A stretch of 64,000 nucleotides of DNA from contig OZ316894.1 of assembly GCA_973895155.1 (NCBI GenBank), forward strand, positions 18,824,805-18,888,804, read 5' to 3'. Below are positions 47,329 through 59,200 of the stretch, piece after piece. Within the stretch, counting starts at the first letter, position 1. Every line of letters starts with the position of its first letter. Made by a program: the position numbers and the translations under genes. Under the pieces are notes generated by a model. The model made no database searches. It was given only the letters and a program-made list of their open reading frames with translations, and was not told where the DNA came from. Source of the DNA: Marsupella aquatica (taxonomy: Eukaryota > Plantae > Marchantiophyta).

Positions 47329-47835
47329 TAGGAATTGAACTTAGGACCCTGGAGTGTACATTCTAGTGCTCTATCACTAAATATGTACAGTCCCTTCATG
47401 CCTAGGTTATCTCTGGTTATAGTGTGGTTCATCTCCAACACCCTTCCTTGAGCCACACTTGCTTAAAGAAAATTTGAACTTTGGCTCTGACACTATGTTA
47501 AAACTTTCAATAAAATGGTCGGGTTAAGAATTGAACCTAGGACCTTGGTTTGTGTTAGGCATTTACTCTTAGGTCTAGGGTTACGACATGTAACCGTAGT
47601 TAAGCTAAGCATAGTTAGAGACGTGAACGTAACCTCGAGAGGAGGTGAACCACGTATCTTCTTGTGTCTATCACTTGTGTGTTGGAGTGTCATATGCTTA
47701 CTGTTATGAATGTGCTCTATGCTTAACACCTTGTACATCTTATTAGTGCTCTACCATTAGCCTATGGGCCCTCCTTGCACCATCTCCAGTTTGAGCCTCC
47801 ATCATCTCCGGTCTTGAGTGTGGTTCATTTCCAGC
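47329..47835 (-). repeat. Two decayed tRNA-like (SINE-head or pseudo-tRNA) units; the second is split by a 176-bp TG..CA insert
   Basis: The minus strand shows A-box-like tagtgatagagca / aatggtagagca and B-box-like ggtccta(a/g)gttcaattc. The insert at 47553-47728 has termini tgttaggcat / atgcttaaca. Confidence 0.5.
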
Positions 47836-48405
47836 ATAACTGTCTTGAGTTCTTGATAGAGTCAATTTTTGCCTCCATTTGGAAATCATCTTTATCAATA
47901 AAATTGACAGAATAGTGAGAACAGGTGTAGTTCTTGGTTCTTCCTTTGTTGAACTGTCTGCTATTAGTGGTGTCCTTGCTGGCCATCATTGTAATGCGCT
48001 TTTCTGCATGGGCGATGTTGCAAGATGGGGAAGGAGCCTGTCTTAAGCTCGGTTTTCTAGTTAGCTATATACAGGTGTGATCTACTATCATGACGAGGTT
48101 ACAGTTGGGGCCCTTTGATGACGGACGACTGCTTCACATTGAAGAATTCGACGCGCCAAGATTCCAAGACAAGGCCTCACTCATTACTTCGGTCCAAAGA
48201 TTTCTTGGACCTCCACACTTGTGATCGATCAGTATGCATGCAAATGTACTCGATCAGTTCTGATGAATGCTGATGTGCAGGGTGTGGTCATACAGTTAAT
48301 TGCCTAGGACGGAAGCTGTCCACCATTCTTCGTTAATTCCACTAGCTCTCCACTTCTGTGAAAGCTGTGAAAGTCCTCAACAATCCTCAACATTTTTTCT
48401 GGCAG

Positions 48406-49541
48406 GAACTGCGAATGAAGGACTTGCAGAAGAATCTCAGTGCGAGGCTGCATATGCACGCTAGTCATGATCATGAACAGCAGCAGCCCCCCAAACGAGA
48501 AGTTGGGAACGAACCTTTGCAGCCCGGCGACAGCTTGAGGCTTGACGGGGCCAAGTCAAATCTAGCTGATGGAGATGAAGAAGCTTTACAGAGCGAGGCA
48601 ATACAGAGCGAATCGAAAAGAAGCCGCAATTCTCTTTCTCTTAGGAAAGGAGTATCTGTGCGCTCCTCGAAGGGCAGGATTCCAAGTAGAAAATCAAGAA
48701 GCGGACCCACCTCTCAAGATGCCTCAAATGAGCTGAAACTTGAGAAAGACACAGCGGAAACCCATTTCCCTACTTTTGTTGTTGAGATGAAACGCTCCAA
48801 CGTGATCGTAGGCTTCTGGCTGGTAAAGTGACATTAAGGTATTTTTATTGCAGCTCATTACAAATAGCTGGGGCTCCAAAATTCTACGGTTTTTAACCTC
48901 CACTGAATCACGATCTGTCTGTGGTCATTGCCTGCAGAACATTCCTGCAGAGTTCAGCTGTAAACACTTGCCGAACAAAGATGAGCCAATTGTTCTTCAA
49001 GATTCCCAGGGACTCAAGTGGGAAACTAAGTATTTGGCCAGGAAGAATTCTCTGAGCGCGGGATGGAGTCGGTTCGCCATGGACCACCGTTTAGAGCTAG
49101 GCGATGCCCTTGTTTTTGAGTTAGTCAAGCCTCTGGAATTTCTGGTTGGTATCCAACGCTTTTAATTACTCTGTCCGTGCTCTTCATTGCCTTCTTGCGA
49201 GACTATCACCTCTACGATCTAATGTCTCTAGAGGGCCTCTTCGTTTATAGCGTAGCTATGTCTGTTTGGCAAGTTACCCTTCGAGTGTTTCCCATTGCCA
49301 GGTACACATAACTGGGATATCAAACTGCAAAAGAGATGCTGCTGTCACAATTGCTTCGACCACAGCACCCAATTCAAGGTCCCGTAGTATGCATTCTTCT
49401 CCAAGGAAGCGGATGAAGATAGTTGACACTCAAGACAAGGTTTCTGTCCCGAAGCAAGTGACCACCCGCAGCAGCCAGAAGGTGAATGTCCACTCTATGT
49501 TTCAAGTGAAGACGTCACGCAGGGGTTCCAGTCGGTTCTGA
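48406..49541 (+). CDS. B3 DNA-binding domain protein (REM-type); exons 48406-48822, 48938-49144, 49302-49541; first exon not identified
   Basis: PTFVVEMKRSNVIVGFWL|NIPAEFSCKHLP..IVLQDSQGLKWETKYLARKNSLSAGWSRFAMDHRLELGDALVFELV..F L|VHI, with phase-0 GT-AG introns. Confidence 0.85.
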
Positions 49542-49999
49542 AAGGAACTATTAACGAAGTGCGCATCAATGAGACGAAAAATGTTCAGATTTTGAGTTGG
49601 ATATGTGCTCTCTTAAACACTACTAATCATCAGGTTTCCTCTGGCTGTGCGGTTGCCAGCTTGCTTCAGGGGACACAGGCCAGTAGGATCACATTGATTC
49701 AGAGAAAAACGTAAGATTTCACGACCATTTCTGCATTTTCGAGATTTGACAACACTCCTGCAGTGGTACGTTAGGACGGTTGAACTCTGACGGCGTAGAC
49801 ATTCCGACTCCTCTATTGGAAGAGAGAACCCATTCGGCGAGAATCCATTTCCTCTGGTTTTGTTGCAGCTGCAAGTGCTTCAATCAGTTCTAGCTTGCGC
49901 TTGCCAGGGTATCTTGATCAATGTCTGGGATTGCTGGGATTGAAACGTACCGAAGGGGAGTTCGATTGTACCACATTAGTAGTGGACAACCCTCTTACT

Positions 50000-50177
50000 T
50001 CATTCGATTTGATCCATGCCTCTGCAGGCCCTTGTAATTATACCTCCAATAGTGATGTACTCGGGCCATTACGGATTTGCATGTCCGTTCATTCGATTTG
50101 ATCCATGCCTCTGCAGGCCCTCGTAATTATACCTCCAATAGTGATGTACTCGGGCCATTACGGATTTGCATGTCCGA
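50000..50177. repeat. ~89-bp tandem duplication
   Basis: ttcattcgatttgatccatgcctctgcaggccc..ggatttgcatgtccg occurs twice. Confidence 0.9.
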
Positions 50178-52163
50178 TGATATAGGCGATTCAAAGTATT
50201 TTCTTTGCTCTAACTAAGTGGGGAACTGTGATGTCAGGGTCCTGGATTGTCGCACGTATGAGTGTTCGGAACATGTATGTATCTATCCGTGGCTAGTTGA
50301 GAGACTTGTTAGGAACTTCTTATGTTTTAAAGTGCTTTCATACAAACTTGATCGCTAAAATCGACCTGATCACAATTTATGTAAAGATAGGTAACGCTTG
50401 AAATGATAAGCAACTCAAACTGCGCACAAAATTTCGAAGTGAAAGGTGTCTGCTGTGGGTCCGTTAAGGCTCCGAGTTTTTGTTCTGAATATCATTGGTT
50501 AGATTGTACCAACTAAATGCTCGAGAGTGCTTAGACCATGCCTAAGCTTCGAAGGATCCTTACCCTAAGTTCAGAGCATCCGATGCAGCTATCATGCCCC
50601 AAGTTATTCCTAAACTTTCAAGAGAACACGCCCATACCATATGTAGCCCCTTGTTCACAATCATTGTCCCAACTTAAGATTCCTTGTGCATCTGGGCAGA
50701 GCTGTCCTGAGTGCTGTACTCCTGTGAATTCTTTCAATCTCGGAGTGTGATGGCAATCCTGGTAGCTTTGATTCCCAGTACCTTTGTTCCAATGTCTTCC
50801 ATTAATCTTCTGAGATGGCTTGTTCAGGATTTTCATGTAGTGCTACCTCGCGCACAACGGTATCTGCCTCTGTATTCTATTTAACATTAGCTTGTAGGAC
50901 CTCCAAATTAGTCGCGACTGGCTCCTTGGAAGCTCTAAGTTAGTGACTTGAATTGATACAATGTTTCCAAAAGCATGATTAAACGCAGGATCTGAGTATA
51001 ACGTTCGAGGCCTTACCTTTCTGAGGGCTAAAGGTGGTACCGGAGGATGAAGTTGTAGCTCTGAAGGCACTGAAAAAGCGCAACTTGCTTCAGGCTGGAC
51101 AATATGCATTTACAAGTCAATTTTGTGTAAAGAGGGAAAGAGTCTAGCGTACGAATTCACAAGTTTCAATAATTCAGCCCGTACGAGCAGGCTTGTCATT
51201 AAGCCTCAGACGAGGCATTTACCTCCTATACTGTTGGGTGTCCACTGAGTAAATCATGAGTGCTCGCTCGACCGAGAGTACTGGAGACAAGATCATTGGT
51301 CACCCATGAAGTCCTCCAAGCGAGTGTTCTCCATTATATCTCGAGAAACCTGTCCTTTTGGGAGAGGGTGCAACCTTATACTTTCCTGGGGTCTAATTGT
51401 CCGATTATCCATTCCATTAACTTCCTGTCGATAATATTGCTAGATCCATTAAGTCACGTTACCTCAGGCTTCATTTTATGTGAGACAACTGATGTCGCCT
51501 GCACAGTGGTAAAGCGGGACAAACTTCTTCTTGCAAACAGAAACCACCTCTTGATTCGGTGACATTAATATTCTGTGACTTGACCTTTTCTTAATACGAA
51601 GAAGACTGAATCTTGAGTATAAATTTCACCACACACCATATATGTCAACTTTCCAGCAGTTGCAAGCTCAACCGCATCAATGTATTCCTGACCCATTTAA
51701 GATAAACTGTGGAAGGAAAAAGAAAAGTAAAAAACTAGATGGCTGAGAATTCAGCTTTACTCTTCATCTTCAAGACTTCGGGATTGAACACTCAGGAATC
51801 ACTTCTGAAGAACGAAGATGTGTGGCTCATACGACCAAAAAACACATGTTCGAACATGAGAACAACTGGGTACTTGCCAATCGAACAAAATCAGTTCTTA
51901 TTCAACTCCAAGTCCTTACACACATACCAGTGAGAAGTTGCAATTGGCTTCAGAGTAGAGCTAAAACTCTACCCACTCACGGCAGTCCACACATGAAGCT
52001 AGGAATGGTACTACTTAAGATAATTCTTCCTCAAAGCTCCTCAATGCGAGTACAAACAAATCAAGGTCCAGATCGTCCTACGTGACATCAAAGAAACTGC
52101 ACAAGCTGATGACCACGGATTTCTCGTTGGGCATTTCTGAATAGGAAACTTTCACAAGCCCGT

Positions 52164-53240
52164 TCACTTGGAAGCTTCTGTGGGCCAGAACTGTGTCGGC
52201 TTGCCAGTCTTAGAAATCTTCTCCAAGACTTCATTAGGCTTCACGTTTCCGACAATGGTGACTTTCTGTTCCTCCAAATTGACCGTGGATGTCTCCACAC
52301 CTACACAAGCGTGTGTACCTCGTTAGATCTCTCTGGGCATATAGCTCCCACAGCACCTACCGATGAGTCTGATCCCGGAAGCAGAAGACGAGTTGGCATG
52401 CACAAAGTGGTACCAACAACGTAGCTAGTGCCTCAGGGAAAGTTCGAAGTTTTATGCCACTGGAATGGGCGGATATCTTGTACTTTGACTCAGGGAAAGT
52501 TCGAAGTTTTATGGGGCCTAATCCACAAACCCGACGTGAACAACGAGGCCCTGTTTCTGGAGAAGAGCTTGGACTTTGCTTCATTCACCCCGCCTCTAGA
52601 TTTTACAGGATAACCTGTTTAAACAAGCAGGACATACGAGACTAGGCCTCATCCGTAACTAGAACACCTCAATTCGCAGGCTTCGGCGACGGATATATGC
52701 TAGCTTTGTATTTCAGTTGGCCTACGGATCAACCGGAAGGGAAATAATGAATTTCTTACCGTTCATTTTAGAGATGGCTCTCTCGACTGCACCCACGCAT
52801 CCCTGGCAGCTCATGCCCACCTTCAAAACCACGGTCTGCAGACACACGCAATTCACTTTCTCTCACTACAACTCGTAGGCAGCTCCAAATTCTTTGCATC
52901 CCCACCGAAATTACGGAAACACCAAAAGCATCACTTCCTCACAACTATCCCAAAACTCAACCAAATAACACGCTATCTGATCAATTTTGCGCCAAATCCA
53001 TCAATCCATCCATCTCACCCCATAAAAATCCCTAATTCTTCCACCTTCACTGAATCACAAATTAGCCAGCGGTCAACCGATCCATCTGTTTCGTTGACCT
53101 AAATAAGCCGATGACAATATTTCTTCCGCCAGAGACCACACATCACGTAATTAAACGCAGAATAACCACAAAAGACGCATAAGAGGGATTCGTTGTACTA
53201 ACAGAGTACTGCGAAGCGTACGACGACATACCTCCGTCAT
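52164..53240 (-). CDS. ATX1: ATX1/CCH-type copper chaperone (HMA domain), 73 aa; exons 53240-53232, 52835-52760, 52300-52164; missed by the ORF track
   Basis: Spliced product MTE|TVVLKVGMSCQGCVGAVERAISKMN|GVETSTVNLEEQKVTIVGNVKPNEVLEKISKTGKPTQFWPTEASK, with MxCxxC and KTGK motifs and canonical GT-AG sites. Confidence 0.95.
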
Positions 53241-53371
53241 CTTCACTAAATTTTTCGAGATGCTCTCGTTTCTCTGAGCAGCGTTGGATGGAGCAGTACG
53301 CTATGTCGTAGTTCCTCAACTCGCTAGCGTGCGTGTTCGTCAGTGGTAAAAGTGGTACCCCTTCTAGGTAC
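53195..53371. promoter_or_regulatory. Cluster of six GTAC cores (candidate copper-response elements) around the ATX1 start
   Basis: GTAC at 53195, 53206, 53218, 53296, 53355 and 53368. GTAC is the core bound by the SBP-domain copper regulators SPL7 and CRR1. Confidence 0.6.
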
Positions 53372-53659
53372 GACAGTAAAGCTCCGAAATTCCTCCACCT
53401 CCGTTTCAGATCTCGCTCTTCGTTCGTCGCTCTTGTCTTTCTCGTCTCTTCTCCTCTGCTCCTCGAATTGGAATTGGGCTCCGAAGTATCAGTAATGTAG
53501 TCCTCGCCTCGACGGATTCGTGGGTAGAATCGCTCCTCGAGGAAAAATCAGAAGAAGGTTCTCACAGAGAATGAAGTTTTCAGCAACACGTGAAGGAAAT
53601 GAACGTGACCGATATTTTTTTCTGACGACACGATCAAAGTTATGAACTTCGTGCGAAGG

Positions 53660-54495
53660 ACCCATTTGCTTTTACAGTGTTTGACATTGTCACTAAAGGT
53701 TTTACAAGACTTTGGGTTCAGTTTGAGTGTTTGACATTGTCACTAAGGGTGGCTTTACAAGAGCTTGGGGGCAATTTGACTGTCTTTTACCAGGCACAGC
53801 TATTAATGAACTGCAAGCCCAAGGAGCCATTCAATTGTTTGAAATTGTCACTAACTAGGGGTGGCTTTACAAGACCTTGGGGGCGAATTGAGTGTCTTAC
53901 ACCATAGGTAGTGAACTACTTGTAAAGGAGCCATTTGCTTTTACAGTGTTTGAGCCATTTGTTTGACATTGTCACTAACTATGGGTGGCTTTACAAGACC
54001 TTGGGGAAATTTGAGTGTTTTTATTATAGCTAATGAACTACTTGCAAAGGAGCCATTTGCTCTTACAGTGTTTGACATTGTCACAAGAGGTGGTTTTACA
54101 AGACCTTGGGGGCTATTTGAGTGTTGGACATTGTCACTCAGGGTGGCTTTACAAGAACTTGGGGGCAGTTTGACTCTCTCTTACCAGGCACAGCTAATGA
54201 ACTGCAAGCCAAAGAAAGCTATTTGTTTGACATTGTCACTATGGGTGGCCCTTACAAGACATTGGGGATGAATTGAGTGTTTTTCACCATAGATAGTGAA
54301 CTGCATGCAAAGGAGCCATTTGCTGTTTACAGTATTTGCTATTGTCACTAAGGGTGGCTTTCCAAGGCCTTGGGGGCAGTTTGACTCTCTTTTACCAGGG
54401 ACAGCTAATGAACTGCAAGCCAAAGAAGCCATTTGTGTGACATTGTCACTAACTATGGGTGGCCTTTACAAGACCTTGGGGATGAATTGAGTGTG
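53660..54495. repeat. Complex minisatellite with ~9 cores of tttgacattgtcacta..gggtggctttacaagaccttgggg and higher-order organisation
   Basis: Cores near 53680, 53730, 53838, 53962, 54070, 54124, 54226, 54335 and 54436, separated by two or three recurring linker types. Confidence 0.9.
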
Positions 54496-54984
54496 TGAAT
54501 TAGAGCACACATCTCCGCCCCCAAGGGGTATAGGTTGGAGGGAGTGCATTCTCTCTCACATTCTTCAAAATAATGTATTTTTTCATGAGCAATGGATCCT
54601 TCAGGAGTTTCTCCATTATGGTGTCTTGTTGGTATAGTGTGCCTGAGATTGAATACTCTCCGCATTTGTTGTCTAGTCTGAGCTGATGGTTTAATTCCTA
54701 CAATAATATATTGCAACCAAAACCATTGGCCACACTTTCCTATATGGAGATGTAGTAGACCAATCACCACACTGATTGGTCTACTCGCCTCTTATGCAGA
54801 GTCTTTGTAGGTGTCTATTTGCCGCATTCAGATTTTTTCCTGGAACTTCTCGTAATTGATGCAGTTGTGCCATTAGGGGCTGGTGTGTCTCTCCTTGCCC
54901 TCTTAGGTGGGCTCAATTTAGATTTCTATGACCTACTCCTGAATAACTTTGTTGAAGCCCTATCACAAAATTATTTATTGTTTT

Positions 54985-55395
54985 TTGGTAAATATCTCCC
55001 AATTTGATCCATTTGTTAATGATTTAAAATAAATTGTCAATAGGTATTGTAGGTTCTGTTTATTGGCCCTTACAATTGTGTGACTTTTTGGATGGGCTCC
55101 TCTTCTTGCCCACTTGCACAGGTACCCTAAGCTATTTAGAGTTTTCTGGTAAATATCTCCCAAGTTGATCCATTTGTTGCTGATTTTTAAAAACAATTGT
55201 CAATAGAGTATTGTAGGTTGTGATTATTGGCCCTTTCAATTGTTTGACTTTTTGGATGGGCGTCTCTTCTTGCTTTCTTTCACAGGTTCCCTTTTCTTCC
55301 ACTCTACATAGGCTCATTTTTTAAGTTTGTGCTCTTCTTGCCCTCTTGCAGAGGTTCCCTTTTCTTCCACTCTTACATAGGCTCATTTTTAAAGT
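54985..55395. repeat. Local duplications (~160 bp and ~60 bp)
   Basis: ggtaaatatctcccaa..tgatccatttgtt..gactttttggatggg occurs twice. aggttcccttttcttccactct..acataggctcattttt occurs twice. Confidence 0.75.
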
Positions 55396-56276
55396 TTGTG
55401 CCCGACACTTCCACTACATAAGAGATATTTTCTGGAATTGGTTAAAGATATAAGCTTGTGGAGTGGGATCCCAAAGTTTCAGCTCGATTACTATTCAAAC
55501 TTGGATACCTCGATACCTCGATACCAAACATTTGGATCCCATCCAGATGTAAGGGTTTGGATGCAAAGTGAGGTTTCTATAGTTCGGTCTTCTCATCGTT
55601 TTCAGTGGGTTTACTATATCAAGTGGTAGCTCCTTAGAGGAAATCAGGTTCCTTGACCATGCATTGCTCAACTAATGAACAGTTTGAGAACGGTCTTTAT
55701 AAACATGTGATTACCACATTCTACACCGGAAATTCGAGTTAAGGAAATTTGGACTATCACAGTAGAACGGGACTAACTTTGAGAAGACCTACAGTTACTT
55801 TACTATGGGAATGTACACTTGTAGAACGAGATACATCCGGGGGACCTCACTTGCAAGTCAGCTCGTTGCCCTTCCATGGAGTTGGAATAAGTCACTGAAA
55901 CGGAAAGAACTTGCCAAAATCAAATTTCACAAGTTGTATGATACAGCACCGTGATCCATAAAACATGCTCGAAGTGAGCTCACTATTGAGGAATCAAAGA
56001 ATACTCCTGCCACCTATAACTCATGAAGTGGCAAACAAGGGATCCAGCACATCATCCACTAAAATTCCTCTGCAATTTGCTGAGGCAATGAGGATGACAG
56101 TACTGATATTCGATCCGTATTGGGCCGTTTGTCACAACTATTAATCTGGACCATAATTAGGATCTAATCAATTATGTTTCATCGCTGGTCCATCAATAAT
56201 TAAGAAGACCTGTCACTAGCTTTATCATACATGCTATTTGCGTGGCCATGCACGGACGAGCACCGGGTAGGGTGAA

Positions 56277-59200
56277 CTAAAGTCCAATCGTATCTGAAAT
56301 CAAGGTCGCTCCTGTGTTGTGGACAGGAGGTGGTGATCCCAATGGGCCTCCAATCTGTTTGTGGAGAAGCTTCTCGATTCGCCAAAACCAATCCATCTTG
56401 TTTTGTGGCCGTTCCAGCCAGTGCCCCTGAGAAACCAGGCAAAAGAATGAACTGTCATGTTGTGCACATTTCAAGGCGAAGAACAACAGAAGGAACTTGC
56501 TCGAAGACTCCTGTACATTGTGTGCCTTTCTAGGCCAACATAGCTACACTTCCAGCACACTAATAAGACCACAATGAACAGGCCTATCTCACACAGTCTA
56601 ACACCAAATGCAGAAGCTACCATGAATGAGCTCTGTGGTAGGACAGTATAATATTCATCTAGAAGAGCTAGACGCTAAAATTGATAGAATCAAATTAGCT
56701 GTAAAACTGCAAGAGTGGCTATAGTTCCACCTCGAGCTAGGGAATAGTTTTAATTTCGTCACGAATTCTTACCTCATCTTTGTAAACCACGTACTGAACA
56801 GGCTTCCCATTGTCTGTCAAGGCCTGCACACATCAGCGAGCTTAATCATATCCACTGGGAAAGATCTAATGACTTAAATCGCCAAAGCCGCCAGGGCATC
56901 TCAAACTATATATTGGCCCGACGAAAAACAATCACGCCATTTCTAGATAACACAAGTGAACTTAATGAAATGGGCACAACTTAAATCTCCACAACATGAG
57001 ATTACAAACCAACAGGCATATTGCCCAGGGATACAAGCGGATGTAAATCGTATTCCTACAGGAAACAAGGACCCTGAACAACCTTTCCGCACCACATTGC
57101 AGGGCACAGGTATCACAAGAACCAAATCAGGAAGGCAATAAAAATTGACGGGCTGATGCCAGTGTATTCATTACTATGATTCAGTTCAACAACTCACCTC
57201 AAACATTTGCTTGCTCTCACCCGGGTTCACAATAATGTCATTCCCTCCGTTTGCAATTATGACAGGCGCTTTGAATTTGTCCGCCTTCATCACCATTCAT
57301 AAAAACCAAGAAACCCAATCAGGACGTCTGATGGAGAAAGTTAACGTTTGAGAAAAACATTCGTCAGGTTAAGTACCGATGCGTGAATAAAAAGACAGGT
57401 CCAATTACTTTCTGAATTGCAAGCCCTTACATGAAAGTACGGTGATCGCTCCTTATTGAACTCCACATCATTTGTTACGTCGATAACCCTGTCATGTAGA
57501 ATTTTTTTCTTTGACTTCCTGGATGGACAGAACAAGCAAATGTCACTCAGGGTTAGCCGAAAACCACATTAGCATGCCTGTAATCAGTGTTCATTCGAGG
57601 TTTGCATGTACCCAACAAAGACCGAACCAAGTTTGCCCTTACCGAACAAAGACAGTTGTCAAAGCACAGAAAAGAAATGACGCTCCAGAAAAGCCATGCC
57701 ATGAATGCAAGAACTAGGTTCACCGCAAGCTCGGGAATGAATAAGCAAGGGCTGGGTCTATGTCCACGAAGACGCTGGGCGTCGACCACTCATGGAAGGC
57801 AGAGGGTTTACCAGTAGGGGACAATTTTAGTTGTCACAGTTGCAAGTTGAGAAGGGCCGACCAAATCGATGATAGCTTTGTACAAATCTGCACAAAGATA
57901 TGAAGGAGTCAAGACACGTATAGGGGTAAAATACAGACTGTCAAGTTGTCTAGTCTAGGAGCTAGAGGGAAAACAGATCTCCTCTTGAAATGCGAGACAT
58001 CTATTTCAATACGTTATTGTTCAGTGCTCCAGATCAACAAATTCAGTGTGAGCATAATGTTCGTTTCAGGGAAGTACATCAGCAGTGAACAGAACCTACC
58101 AGGGGTGAAAGCGCCACCGGCCAAAGTGCAAAATCCTCCAAAAGAAATACCACTGATGGCTACTCGGTCCTTGTCCACTATGCCTTCACTAATCGTCCAG
58201 AGTACGGAATCTGTGATGTCATTCTGGAAAAACGACCTTCAGATTGGTCAAAGAGAAGATCAAAGTATAAACGACTACAGGGCGATCGCAAACACTCGAG
58301 CACATGTTTGCACAACCAACCAGTTGCTACTCAAAGGCTAGTTCCAGCACGTTTTTTCAGTTGCAGCATTTCTGGACGAAGTCGACGAATCTTATTATCA
58401 GCAATTCAAACGATTCATCCAAGGGACCCACAGAAGAACCTAACCCACCACCTAAATGCAAGCGGAGACAAGAATAAATGAAAAACATTGAAGGCTATTT
58501 CTGAACAAATTAATAAGATCAGAGACAATACACATTAGAGCAACAGTATCAAGGTTACAAGACAGAGTGAGAATGAGACCCCACACAGTAGCTAGAATTT
58601 TAAGTATACCTGCATACCAGCTGCCCACTGTTTATCTCCAGCGTGCATAAATTGCTTGCCAAAACCATCTGACCCTCGATATTGAACCTGCAAGCATGCT
58701 GGAATCCAGCCAACGCGGATTGTAAGGTACGGCCAACCTTGACCTACACAATTTGCTAACATGATTGGTAAGATATGAGTACCACGAGATTTTCGAATTG
58801 CATGTTTGGCAACAACCTTTGGCTCTCATAATTTACATTCACTCTTCTCAGCAAGAAATGCGGGCCACGGATGAGTGCGAGTACCATAGCCACGGCTCGC
58901 GTAGTATTGGGCTTCATTGTCCCACCCCCAAAAATCTCGAAACCACGGACCACCATGAGTTCGCAGCACAAGTGGCAAATTCTTCGGCTGTCATGTTCAT
59001 TCAGTGTTAATTTTTTGGCGATAGGAAATAGAGATTGAAATGGACTCGGACAAACAGTTCCATGCGTTCATGTATAATCAATTACCTCGACATCCGGTGG
59101 TAACGTGAGGTACACAGGGATATTCAGACCATCACGAGCTCTAACAAGATGAAAATGCATTGTACCTAATTTGTACCTGCAATTATTTATCAATGTAAGA

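Noticed and set aside
53660-54495. CRISPR-like repeat/spacer array
   Set aside because: The linkers are themselves repeated, the cores are degenerate, no cas genes are present and the context is eukaryotic.
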